Of a DNA stretch of 64,000 nucleotides, positions 33,676 through 43,952 are shown piece after piece. Made by a program: the position numbers and the translations under genes. The DNA comes from Mayamaea pseudoterrestris (taxonomy: Eukaryota), in NCBI GenBank assembly GCA_027923505.1, contig BROI01000021.1:124001-188000 (forward strand), written 5' to 3'. Position 1 is the first letter of the stretch. Each line of letters starts with the position of its first letter. The notes beneath the pieces were generated by a model, which worked only from the letters and a program-made list of their open reading frames with translations, did not search any database and was not told where the DNA came from.

Positions 33676-33936
33676 AGTGCACAAGGAGAATCACCAGCGA
33701 TGCACATGCCCCATGCTTTCGACAGACGAACATCACATTGGCAAAGTTAGAGCGAAAGAGGCATTACATAAAGGAGTCGTGAGCATGTTGGGCACGAAAT
33801 GAGGACGCGATGATGTGGGCCCTACTACGAGTACATCTCATTGGGCTGCCAACAGTAAAGCTCTATTTCTTGAGAGTGATGCCGCTATAAACATTTAGCT
33901 ATTGAACGTTTAATTTGTAATCATCATTTGCAATCA

Positions 33937-34692
33937 TCATCGTACTCTTGTCAATTGTACTTCTAAATAAATGTATTCTCCAGGAACATCCCTGCGGACC
34001 GTCTGCACCCGGCGCATTTGCTGGCGAGGACCAAATCCTTGCGGCAGCGGCCCTGGCAATCCATCCTCCAATCCTTGCACGTACGCCAATGAGAGAGGAA
34101 TTAGTAAGCGTCTGACACCGCCCTCCCGCATTCCGCGGATGCCTTCATCAACCCCGGCAATGGCGGATCCATCGCCTAGCTTAAAGATGAATGGTGCATC
34201 ACCTTGCACTTGACTAGAATCAACAAAGTAGCCGTTGCTTTTGCGCAAAACCCATTGAATGTTGCATCTTGATCCTAGCTTGGCTTCACTGGAGGTTGGA
34301 CTGCCCGTACGAATGTCAGCGTAGATAAGACCCGATGGCAACTTGACGTACGCTTCGCGAGGGACAGGCGCTTGGTCGTCCATGTCAGCTAAAGCAGCTG
34401 TACCCTGGCGATATTCTTCCGATAGAGACTTGTTGGGAGCAGCAGCAGATGGTTTAGATGCTATGAAAGTCGGAAGAAGCATCGCCGAAGTTGTCGACAC
34501 GACGAGCCATTGGCGTCTACTGCAGGTGTCGGATGCGGCATCGGATGAGCGCTCGGAGTTTCTCCATACCGATGCTTTCGTTTGACAGTTCCGACGGCTA
34601 CTGTAGGTAATATGGGTAGGCATCCAAGCTGAGCTTCCTATAGCTCTGCTCAGCAGCGCTACAAGGAAGGATGCTAGCGAATGTTTCGCCAT
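33937..34692 (-). CDS. FKBP-type peptidyl-prolyl isomerase, predicted thylakoid lumen
   Basis: LPSGLIYADIRTG, FVDSS, PFIFKLG..AIAGVDEGIRGMREGGVRRLLIPLSLAY. Signal peptide (SSA-W), then twin-Arg SRRQWL, a hydrophobic stretch and AAA. Confidence 0.9.
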   Translation of the reverse strand: MAKHSLASFLVALLSRAIGSSAWMPTHITYSSRRNCQTKASVWRNSERSSDAASDTCSRRQWLVVSTTSAMLLPTFIASKPSAAAPNKSLSEEYRQGTAALADMDDQAPVPREAYVKLPSGLIYADIRTGSPTSSEAKLGSRCNIQWVLRKSNGYFVDSSQVQGDAPFIFKLGDGSAIAGVDEGIRGMREGGVRRLLIPLSLAYVQGLEDGLPGPLPQGFGPRQQMRRVQTVRRDVPGEYIYLEVQLTRVR

Positions 34693-34955
34693 GGTGGAAA
34701 TTATGATGAGCGAGGAGTGACGAGAGTAATCAAAATTTGTGTCATGTCTTTCCGGTGAGTAGTCATCAGACTGCCAAATAGTGGAGTTTTCACCACGGTA
34801 AATGGAACGAGAGCTGCGTCCGATCCGCCGCTGCGAAGAATCTTCCCACCATATTTTGTCACACGACGTATCATACTCGGCACCTTTTCGTCTCCTTTTG
34901 TAAGTGATATCTACTGGTAGTCAAGTGAACGGAACTGTTGAGTTACAGCTATACA

Positions 34956-36326
34956 ATGTTGCGTATGGCGCATGCAGCGGCTCGCATGGCCATCGTCCTG
35001 CTGCTGTCGTTTCTTTCGAACTCGACGGCTTTTCAACCATTTTCTTTGCGGCTGATCGGGAGGTTAGTGAGCTGCTTCACTGTCAATCGTTCTATCAGTG
35101 TTCAAGAAACATCTCTGTATGGTAACCAGTATCTTTCATCGCAATCACTCACTTGCTGCTGCCGCTGCATCACACATCACACTGATCTTTATAGCAAACT
35201 CACAGTCACCACAATGGCATCCAATGAATCATCAGCATTAGCTTCATCCTCGGCCATTGGATTTATTGGACTCGGAATCATGGGGCAAGGCATGGCGGCT
35301 CGCCTCTTGTCGGAAGGAGTCGCGGGCTCGACCGAGAAACCGTTGGTAGTATGGAATCGCACCGCCTCAAAGTGCTCTGATCTTGCGAAACTCTTTCCAG
35401 ACAAGACGATCATTGTCAAAAATACTCCAAAGGAAGTCGTTCAAGCATGCGGTATCACATACAGCATTCTATCAACGCCACAAGTAGCCAAGGAGGTCTT
35501 TCATGCGGCCGAAACTGGAACTCTGGCTGGCGTTGGACCTGGCAAGTCTATTGTCGACTGCGCCACGTTGGCCGAGACTACAATGCAGGAAATGGAGCAG
35601 GCGGTCATTGACAAGGGAGGGTGAGTGTCATTCGATTCGAATGAAACCTACATTGGAGACTATGCTGCTGGCTCGGGCTCTGGCGCCGGCTGCTTGTTTA
35701 CTCGCTATGACGACTGTTACCAGAACTTTTTATACTCACTCCAGTGTCTTCTGCTACGCATACTTTTGGCACGCAGACGGTTCCTCGAGGCACCAGTCTC
35801 TGGCTCCAAGGGACCAGCAGCGCAAGGCACGCTCATCTTTTTGTGTGCCGGAAATAAGGACTTGTTCGATGAAATCAAAAACACTGGCTTGCAGGCAATG
35901 GGCAAGGCCAGTCATCTGTTCAGCGAAGAAGTTGGTGCCGGAACGCGCGCCAAGCTCATTGTTAATTCACTCATGGGTACCATGCTGGCGGCCCTTGGTG
36001 AAGGTTTGGCGCTAGCCGAATCGGTGGGTTTGGATGCAAACAAAATGGTAGAGGTTATTGGTCAAGGTGCGATTGCCAATCCCATGTTTTCATTGAAAGG
36101 CCCAAAGATGGTTGTCAAGGATCACGCGCCCAACTTTCCTCTTAAGCATGCGCACAAGGACATGGCTCTTGCATGTGACATGGCCAAGAAAGCCAACGTT
36201 GAGTACTCGGTCATGGAGTCGGCCGAAAAGCTTTATAGAAATGCTAGAAAAGATGAGGCGCTTGGAGTCGCCGACGAGGACTTTTCCGCCGTGTACGAAC
36301 AAATCAAGAAGAAGCAGCGCACATGA
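34956..36326 (+). CDS. GLYR: Glyoxylate/succinic semialdehyde reductase (beta-hydroxyacid dehydrogenase family); exons 34956-35062, 35195-35620, 35777-36326 (first intron inferred)
   Basis: IGFIGLGIMG, VWNRTASKC, FLEAPVSGSKGPA, AKLIVNSLMG, FPLKHAHKDM. STA-F presequence; intron 35621-35776 restores the frame. Confidence 0.88.
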
Positions 36327-37739
36327 TAAGTATATATGTACAATCTAAATGATGAAATAGCGAGCGCTTACTGATTTACGTGTATGATCTGTCGGATGAT
36401 CGAAGAAGCATTGTCCCAACCTCAACTGAAACATGATTCGATATCGATCAGACGGGACGGCATGGCATGGCATAGCTGATCGCCTGCACGTTTGGCAAGC
36501 GTCGTCGGTTCTTGATCTGAAGAATGCATGCTTTGATAGTGGCGAGCGCATGTCAGTCGCAGCTGAGCACCTAGCACCTTCCTTCGTCAATCCCATTGCG
36601 CCCTTCGATAGTGTTACGAAGTCTATTGCGCCATGCTGGCTGTATCGTATGTATACATAGGTACTACTACAGTGCCCGCATGTCTATGTCGGCCGGTAGC
36701 TGAACAAGGCATCTTTCGCCTCGTAATGACGCAACCTGTCGTTTGCAGTCTTAGCTATCGTTTGGCGACTCAACCTAACTACTATACCGGTGATTAGCTA
36801 CATCAAGCACAGATCCTGTATACAACTTTTGTATGTATAGGCAAGCATCGATGAATCTTACAACATTCTATTTGGTGGGACAAAGTAAAAGGGTCATGCT
36901 ATCTTGCTTCAACACGTATTTTTGCGTAAATCGAGTGCGTCGCATGCTTCCGCGCGCACAAAGCCTACGAGTTGTAGCAAAGCCTTTCCCAGTCGAATTG
37001 AGCCCTTATCGTTCGATGGTCAATCTGGCGTCCACCTGTCGTACGTATGACTTGGTTAGCAAGCTGTCACAAGCCGATGAACCAAATATCATGGGAGAAG
37101 GGGGCAGCAGCTAACTCCACTGTTTTCCAAGTAAGCCGATCCGCGTGGCCGCCATGACAATGCGTGACTCGATAACCATCATAGTGCGTCATGTGACACG
37201 GTTGAAGTTTATGACGCACGGTATGGGAGTAGGTTAAAACCAAGGAAATCGCGTGAGTAACCTACTCCCGAGCGTGCTGTCAATCTGCCGCGCCTTACAC
37301 GTCAGCAAGAGGAAGGTTGAGTTGAAAAACCATTCGAAGACGGAAGCGCTTGTCGTTCGAAAATTTGGTCGAGCAGAGCTCACTTTTGTCCTCGTTTGAG
37401 ATATTCGTTGCAGCTTTCACCATGACAATGAAGCATCTACGCACGCCTTCGGAACTCCTGGCCATGGCCTGTATCAAGTACGTGTATATCGTACTGTTGG
37501 AACGAATGAAGGGCGTTTGCTCATTAATGGCGCACCTTTTGCCATCCGACTGACGTATCGAACAGTATCATCGGCATGTACACCAAACAGAGCACTCAAC
37601 GATTGTCCTTTCTCGTTACGACAGAGAAGAAGTCTTAAACAGTCCAATCAAGAGTAGTTGCAGCAGTAGCGACCTGTCTTCGGCCGTAATTGAAGCATGG
37701 GCGTCTCTTCCAGCTGAGATCCGATCGGCTCTTGTCGAC

Positions 37740-39236
37740 ATGGAACAGCAAAAATCCTTTGCTTCGTCTTCTTCTCAACCCGAGAAGGGAAGTACAGTCT
37801 CATTGTCGAACAGCACCGGGAGCAGCAGTACATGCTTCGAATTGGAGGAAGATATAAGCAGCAGCAGCAAGACGGACACGAGCAACAGTGACAGCCGTGC
37901 GTCCATGCTGGAAATTGTCGAGCAAATCGACGGATCCGGAACCAAAATTGTTCTGAAGCCATTGGAAAGGGCACCAGAAAACGTATTCTCCTTTCACAAG
38001 ATTCAAACCAAGGAAGATACTAGAGTTGAAACCACACCCGCAGCCATTGTCACTACCAAAAAGACGATTGTGACGAGGACGCGCGGCTGGAGAAACGTCT
38101 TCACGCTGCCCATATCCTATGACGTGAACATTGTTCCGTATGGAACCCTGCTGGATGCGGAGAATCCGCAGTTGCTAGATGCAACGGGGCCACGCATGGA
38201 GGATTACAATCGGGCGTTTGCCGTATTGGATGAAGCCGTCGATCGTCTCTATGGAGCCAAGGTGCGAGCCTACTTTGCTTCCAACAAAATTGAACTTACA
38301 GTCAGTGTCTTGAAGGGAGGCGAGGATGACAAGCGACCGGAAGCAGTCGATCAATTGATTGACGAGCTATGTGCTTACAAACTGCGTCGCCGAGAGCCCT
38401 TCCTGGCCATTGGAGGCGGCTGCTTGTTGGACATTGCCGGCATGGCGGCCAACTTGTATCGTCGTGGGGTTCCCTTTGTCCGTGTACCAACCACTTTGCT
38501 TGCAATTGTCGACGCCAGTGTCGGCGTCAAGAATGGCGTCGATTACTGCTGCGTCAAGACAAACGAGTCCTACAAGAATCGGATTGGGTCCTTTTACGCT
38601 CCGTCGTCATGCTTGCTTGATCCGGCATTCATCACGACGCAGGATCAACGCAATATATGCAACGGCTTTGGAGAAATCATGAAGCTTGCCTTGGTTCGCT
38701 CAGTTGCGCTCTTTGAACTGTTAGAAACCCATGGTGCGGCCTTGGTGCATTCACACTTCTCGGCCGAGTCGACCATCACCAAGGATGTTGGAACGCGAAT
38801 CATTGACCTTTCCATTCAAATTATGTTAGAGGAACTCGGACCCAACCTTTGGGAGTATCAATTGGAGCGATGCGTCGACTACGGACACACCTTCTCCAAA
38901 CTTTTGGAAATGGTACCAGGCGCCGATATCATGCATGGCGAAGCTGTCAATGTCGACGGTTTCTTCTGCTGCATCTTGAGCTACTTGCGCGGCTACATTG
39001 GAATGGAGACGGTTCACAGAATATATCTCGTCATGAAGTCGCTGAATCTTCCAACACACTCGGAGAACCTGACGTCGGAACTAGCTTGGCAGAGCTGTAA
39101 GGATGCCGTCGAACATCGACACGGCGAGCAGAGGATACCACTGATCACCGACATTGGAGAAAGCATTTGTGTGTGCGACGTGACTCCCGATGAACTGGAT
39201 CGAGCGCTTGTCGTCATGAAGCAGTTTTCTCCATGA
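37740..39236 (+). CDS. Sedoheptulose-7-phosphate cyclase, 2-epi-5-epi-valiolone synthase (EEVS)-like; probably extends upstream through exons ~37414-37554 and 37625-37739
   Basis: AIGGGCLLDIAG, YRRGVPFVRVPTTLLAIVDASVGVKNG, KNRIGSFY, NGFGEIMKLA, MLEELGPNLWE, VDYGHTFS, HGEAV. The frame stays open upstream to a CAG acceptor at 37624. Confidence 0.85.
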   Translation: MEQQKSFASSSSQPEKGSTVSLSNSTGSSSTCFELEEDISSSSKTDTSNSDSRASMLEIVEQIDGSGTKIVLKPLERAPENVFSFHKIQTKEDTRVETTPAAIVTTKKTIVTRTRGWRNVFTLPISYDVNIVPYGTLLDAENPQLLDATGPRMEDYNRAFAVLDEAVDRLYGAKVRAYFASNKIELTVSVLKGGEDDKRPEAVDQLIDELCAYKLRRREPFLAIGGGCLLDIAGMAANLYRRGVPFVRVPTTLLAIVDASVGVKNGVDYCCVKTNESYKNRIGSFYAPSSCLLDPAFITTQDQRNICNGFGEIMKLALVRSVALFELLETHGAALVHSHFSAESTITKDVGTRIIDLSIQIMLEELGPNLWEYQLERCVDYGHTFSKLLEMVPGADIMHGEAVNVDGFFCCILSYLRGYIGMETVHRIYLVMKSLNLPTHSENLTSELAWQSCKDAVEHRHGEQRIPLITDIGESICVCDVTPDELDRALVVMKQFSP

Positions 39237-39434
39237 TGGTAGTCGAGAGGTACTTTCGACAACCCGGTCTATTACTACACCTTGATCGTCTAAAAATGAA
39301 GTTAAATAATTGTAAAACGAGCGTTAGAAAGCTCTGGCTAAAGTAGTTGTTATAGTTAAACAAGTGACAAGTTATCTGCTAAATGCCACAGCGTATTTGA
39401 TTGCATTACAGTTCTGTTTTGTGTCTTATAATAT

Positions 39435-42400
39435 TCAGTCGCTGCTGTCATCGCCCTCGTCCATTACTCTCTGTTTCTTTATCGGTTGTCCCACATTTGC
39501 ACTTTCGTTTTTTCGCTTCGCCGCGTCGCTTTCCGTGATAAGCTCCTCGTCACTCTCCTCATCGCTGCTGTCACCGAACAAATCGCTTGCCAGAGGCGGC
39601 TTGACGGACGTGTCGCCTCCAGCATTTAAAATATTTTTGTTGGTTGACTCATCGTCACTACTGTCATCAAAGATGCCTCGGCTAGAAGTCGCCTTGTCTT
39701 GTTTGTCAGAGCTGTCCTCCATTTTCTCCTCTCCATCGTCGTCGCTGCTATCCCCAAAGAGATCTGGTGCTTGCGATTTCGCTCCGCCTTGCTCTGCTTC
39801 AGGGACGCTGTCGTCGTCTGAGGAGTCATCGAACAAACCTCTGCCCGTCTGTCCATCGTCTTCCACTAACCCAAGAGCATCTGCATCCACGTTTGAGCCT
39901 GACTTCTTTTTACTCTTTTTCTCCTTGGCTTGCTCAGCTTGAGCCTGCTCTTGATGCCAGTTCTCGCGAAGAGCGCTGACTTTGGCCATAGCTGCGTCGG
40001 CCCTGCGATCGCGTTCGGCTTGCTCCTCCAGTTCTTTCTCTCGAGCCAATGCCTCCTTGTACTGCTCTTCCTTCATTTCCGCCTCTGCTATAGCACGACG
40101 AAGAGCACGTTCATTCGCCTCCTCGGCAGCTCTAAGTCTGTCATTCTCCAAGTGCGACTCTGCGCTTCGAATGTTATTTTCGCAATGGCCGATGAAGCTT
40201 TCTAGAACTGACGACGAAATCGGAATTTTCTTCTCGGCCTTTTCCTCCAAAATTTGTGTCACTACTCCTAGACTCTCGCGCAGCCACACCAAAGCTTCCT
40301 GTACTTCATCAGCTGTCCTTGGCAAGCCTCGTGAGGGCCTTTGCAAAATGCAATTGGCTGCAGACAGCTTTGTCATGGCAAGGTCATACTTTAAGACCAC
40401 TTCTCGCTTAGTTTGCTTCGCAATCGCTAGCTCGAGATGTTCCATAGCGCTTCTGTAGCGCTCATCGGCTGGAGCGGCATTTTGATCAGCGGAAAGTTCG
40501 GTTTGTCGTGCCCAGTCAAAAAAGGCAAACGCGATATACAAAAGGACGTCGACGACATCGTCCTTCCGGCTTTTTGACGTCACCGGCGTACCAATACTCT
40601 CCGCTCGTTTCATGTAACTCTGGTACATTTGAAGCGCCTCAGGGTGCTTCTTTGTCGCGAGCAAAATGTGGCCCAGATTCATTAAGGCATCGGCAATAGT
40701 GTCACCGCTCACTTCGCGCACTCGGTTAAAAATTTCTTTTGCCTTGTAAATCTCACCCTTCTCCGCTAAGACTGCACCTAGTCCATTTGCAGCGTATGCA
40801 TTAGCAGGATCTTTTCCAAGCACACTCTTAAAGTAGTCGGATGCATAGGTAAGATGCTTCGAATAGCGCTCCGGATTAACGAATAGAGTCGAAAAGTAAA
40901 TTGTACCGAGACTGAGCATTGAGTATGCATCCACGTTGGGGACCTTTTTCGCCAGCAAATCATCGAAAATAGGCTGGGCCGCTGCCCAATCACACAAAGA
41001 CAAGTGCAAATTTCCAATCAAAGTCAAGACTTCGGGTGTCTTCTCAATTGCAGCTGAAATTTTCAGCCACTGAGCTCCCTCCATCAAAGATCCACAGTCA
41101 ACCGAAATGCATGCTAAGCGTAGAGCGCTTGGGAAGTACGCTGGATTGCGTTTCAATAAAGCTTTGTGTATTTCTATCGCAGCCAGCGTCCGTCCCATGG
41201 TTTCATGCAGTCGGGCAATGTTGAATGCCACTGTTGTAGCTTCCGGCAGGTTTAAAATGCGATTTTCTCGCTTGACAAATAGCGCGGCAGCGTCGTCTAC
41301 CGTTGTTTTCATATCGTCCTTGACGGTAATAGACACGTCACTACCCTCTGCTGCTTCAACTTTGACTACAGTCGAAATAAAGTTGTCTCCAACCTTGACT
41401 GAGTCACCCACTTGCACCGACAATGCTGCGAAATCTTCCAGACTTCCAGGATCTACAACCTTCAAGACCGTCACGTAATTCGCGTCTTCGTCAATCTGTT
41501 CGTGTGATTCGCTTTCATCTTCATTGGCTTGATTTGCCACAACCTTAACAATGGTCGGTCGCACCTTAACAGTCGAATCGACATAGCCACAAAACATAGC
41601 ATTCGCGTCTTGACGTATGAACGGAGCAGTTCCCAAATTGTCGAGCGCGAATTGACACGAGCGTCCAGACGGATCCAAAGCATGTAAAGCCAGCGTGAAC
41701 ATTTCGAGCGCTTCTTCGTGCCTGTTCAGTCCCTCGCACAGCACTCCACGATTGGCATAAACTTCGTATGGAACAGCATCACCCTTGCGTTTCATCAAAT
41801 CAATCGCCTTTTCCAACTTATCAGCCGCTTTGAGGTAGGTGGATCGATGCTGACGAAGTGCAAGGGCCTCGAGGAGAAGCAAATCGGCGTTGAAGGGATC
41901 GAGCTCCACCGCTTTGGAAATATTGGCAAGTCCGCCTTCCACGCTCTTGCCACCAGCTTTAACTTCCAGCAGGCCCAACAAGAGCAGTGAGTCCGTCGCA
42001 TTTCCACTCGTTGCAAGCAACTTGTGCAGGTGATTCTTGGCCTGCGTGTAGTCACCTTTTACGACAAGTGTTTGCGCTAATCCAAACCTTGCCGGTGCCA
42101 AACTTGGATTAAGCTTGCAAGCCCTTTCGTAAAATTTGAGCGCCGTGTCGTTTTCCTCGCGAACGTGGTAGACGCGAGCGAGAAAGAACAGCGACTCGGC
42201 CTGCATCTCTGGCACGCTCGTGCTTCCATACGCGCCTTTGGCCAACGCAATGACTCTATCGTAATCCTTTTTGACTAAGTCGAGTTCATCCATGGACTCG
42301 CTTTTCCACATATCCTGCATGCGAAAGACTGCACTGTTGCTATTCGCACTGTTGCCAAACTCAAACATTGTTGATGAATCCTCAGTAATTGACGTTTCAA

Positions 42401-43616
42401 AATGTGCTCCCACGCGCACACGATCACCAATTTCCAGCCCCGGCAACGACTGTGATGCATACAAAACGTTTGATCCTCGCTCCACGCGCACCGTTCCCGG
42501 CAGAGCAGACCACTTGTAAAAGTAGTGGTTCGCCAAATGGTTTTGGACCATGGCATTGGTTTGGTCCAAAAGATTGGCCATGGACATTAGTTTAATTGCC
42601 TGCTCCGTCCTGCCAAAGTCCGCTGTGCTGGTCGTTGCATCGCCTCCAACAAGGGCATGGTCCGTTGCACCCATGTCCAAGACGGCAATTCCCACCATTG
42701 CGGAAACACATTCTGAATCCATGGCGAGCGCTCTTGCAAAGGCTGCTCGCGCCCGATCGACTTGTCCAAGTTGATAGGAAGCGAGACCAAATCCCACGCG
42801 CAAACTAGCTTGCGCCGCGAGTCCCAAGACTGCGCCATTTGCGCTAGACGCTGCAGCTTGCTGAATGGCTTTTGCATAAGAGTCTTGCGCCAATTGATAC
42901 TGCCCTTGTCCATACTGCACCGCAGCCATGCCTAGCAACGCCGGCAAGCAGTTGATGGCTTGTTGAAGAGTCGTTTCCCAATAGAATTTGGCTTGATCCA
43001 AGCGACTCACGCTCAACTGTAGCATACCTCGGCCAACCCAAGTCATGCTGCAGAAGGTATCAAGTTTTGCTGCATGAGTAAATTTTTGATCCGCGTCTTG
43101 TCTCACTTGATCCGAGTGGTGATTGGCGCCAGTAGTTGCTAGCGACGACGATGATGATGTATGCGAGGTGCTTCCACTCTTGCTTCTGGTGCTGGTTGCC
43201 AGTTGAGCGATTCCTGCGGCCGACAGAATACGCGCTCTTGTCGCATTGTCCATTCCATCGCATTCTGGTAGTGTCAATCTGTGGCAAGCTTCCTCCATGA
43301 GCGCCAGTGACTCGCGTGTGCGCTGCGGCTGCTGCATGTATAGCAAGGAAGCGGAGCAGTAGGTTTCCATGTTGGCGTGCTCATCGTCAAGGACCTTCAA
43401 TAGAGTCGCAACGTTTGTTTCCGCTAACTCTTCTGGAAATATTTCAATGAATAATTCCGAGTTTTGAATGGGAATGATAAGTGATGGAAGCATTGGGAAG
43501 GAATCTTGCTGCTGCGCCGTGTTGGGAATCATGGTAGGAGCAGCAGCACCAGCAGCAGCGGGAGTATTTTCGTCATCGCTGACTGCGGCAGTCAAGACCG
43601 TCTCCGCAGCAGCCAT
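39435..43616 (-). CDS. CTR9: RNA polymerase II-associated PAF1 complex subunit CTR9 (TPR protein)
   Basis: N-terminal IIPIQNSELFIEI, NHLANHYFYK..KKDY, MQAESLFFLARVYH, AFNIARLHE, PANAYAANGLGAVLAEKG..AKEIFNRVRE; acidic tail. Confidence 0.92.
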   Translation of the reverse strand: MAAAETVLTAAVSDDENTPAAAGAAAPTMIPNTAQQQDSFPMLPSLIIPIQNSELFIEIFPEELAETNVATLLKVLDDEHANMETYCSASLLYMQQPQRTRESLALMEEACHRLTLPECDGMDNATRARILSAAGIAQLATSTRSKSGSTSHTSSSSSLATTGANHHSDQVRQDADQKFTHAAKLDTFCSMTWVGRGMLQLSVSRLDQAKFYWETTLQQAINCLPALLGMAAVQYGQGQYQLAQDSYAKAIQQAAASSANGAVLGLAAQASLRVGFGLASYQLGQVDRARAAFARALAMDSECVSAMVGIAVLDMGATDHALVGGDATTSTADFGRTEQAIKLMSMANLLDQTNAMVQNHLANHYFYKWSALPGTVRVERGSNVLYASQSLPGLEIGDRVRVGAHFETSITEDSSTMFEFGNSANSNSAVFRMQDMWKSESMDELDLVKKDYDRVIALAKGAYGSTSVPEMQAESLFFLARVYHVREENDTALKFYERACKLNPSLAPARFGLAQTLVVKGDYTQAKNHLHKLLATSGNATDSLLLLGLLEVKAGGKSVEGGLANISKAVELDPFNADLLLLEALALRQHRSTYLKAADKLEKAIDLMKRKGDAVPYEVYANRGVLCEGLNRHEEALEMFTLALHALDPSGRSCQFALDNLGTAPFIRQDANAMFCGYVDSTVKVRPTIVKVVANQANEDESESHEQIDEDANYVTVLKVVDPGSLEDFAALSVQVGDSVKVGDNFISTVVKVEAAEGSDVSITVKDDMKTTVDDAAALFVKRENRILNLPEATTVAFNIARLHETMGRTLAAIEIHKALLKRNPAYFPSALRLACISVDCGSLMEGAQWLKISAAIEKTPEVLTLIGNLHLSLCDWAAAQPIFDDLLAKKVPNVDAYSMLSLGTIYFSTLFVNPERYSKHLTYASDYFKSVLGKDPANAYAANGLGAVLAEKGEIYKAKEIFNRVREVSGDTIADALMNLGHILLATKKHPEALQMYQSYMKRAESIGTPVTSKSRKDDVVDVLLYIAFAFFDWARQTELSADQNAAPADERYRSAMEHLELAIAKQTKREVVLKYDLAMTKLSAANCILQRPSRGLPRTADEVQEALVWLRESLGVVTQILEEKAEKKIPISSSVLESFIGHCENNIRSAESHLENDRLRAAEEANERALRRAIAEAEMKEEQYKEALAREKELEEQAERDRRADAAMAKVSALRENWHQEQAQAEQAKEKKSKKKSGSNVDADALGLVEDDGQTGRGLFDDSSDDDSVPEAEQGGAKSQAPDLFGDSSDDDGEEKMEDSSDKQDKATSSRGIFDDSSDDESTNKNILNAGGDTSVKPPLASDLFGDSSDEESDEELITESDAAKRKNESANVGQPIKKQRVMDEGDDSSD

Positions 43617-43952
43617 GGATTAGAAGGTAAGGGTACTGTGTAAGTAACTAACTAACTTGTTGTGTTTTGGATGCGAAAGGGAGCTCTGTGCGGCTGCCAT
43701 GGTGATGCTTGATCCATGTCGTTTGTCGCACAGGGAGTGATCATTCGATGACGCAAGCATCATCGCAACGTTACTCAAATTCGTTTTCCATGACCGTTGA
43801 GTGGTCGGTGGAAGATTCGCCGCAGTCATTATTCGGTCGACGGACGACATCGACCATTTTCGGATTGTATTGCACGCAATAACGCCATAAAGTCTACCGG
43901 TACATAGCATTAGGAAGCTTCTATTCCTATTTAACAAAGCAAGCATCTCGCA

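Noticed and set aside
36345..37200. Possible MT-Ox or O-methyltransferase partner upstream of the EEVS-like gene
   Set aside because: Only short ORFs with no SAM- or NAD-binding motif.
37740..39236. Ordinary 3-dehydroquinate synthase (aroB)
   Set aside because: It has MLEELGPNLWE/DYGHT rather than the typical DHQS K...V..D..E.G.R..LN.GHT pattern.
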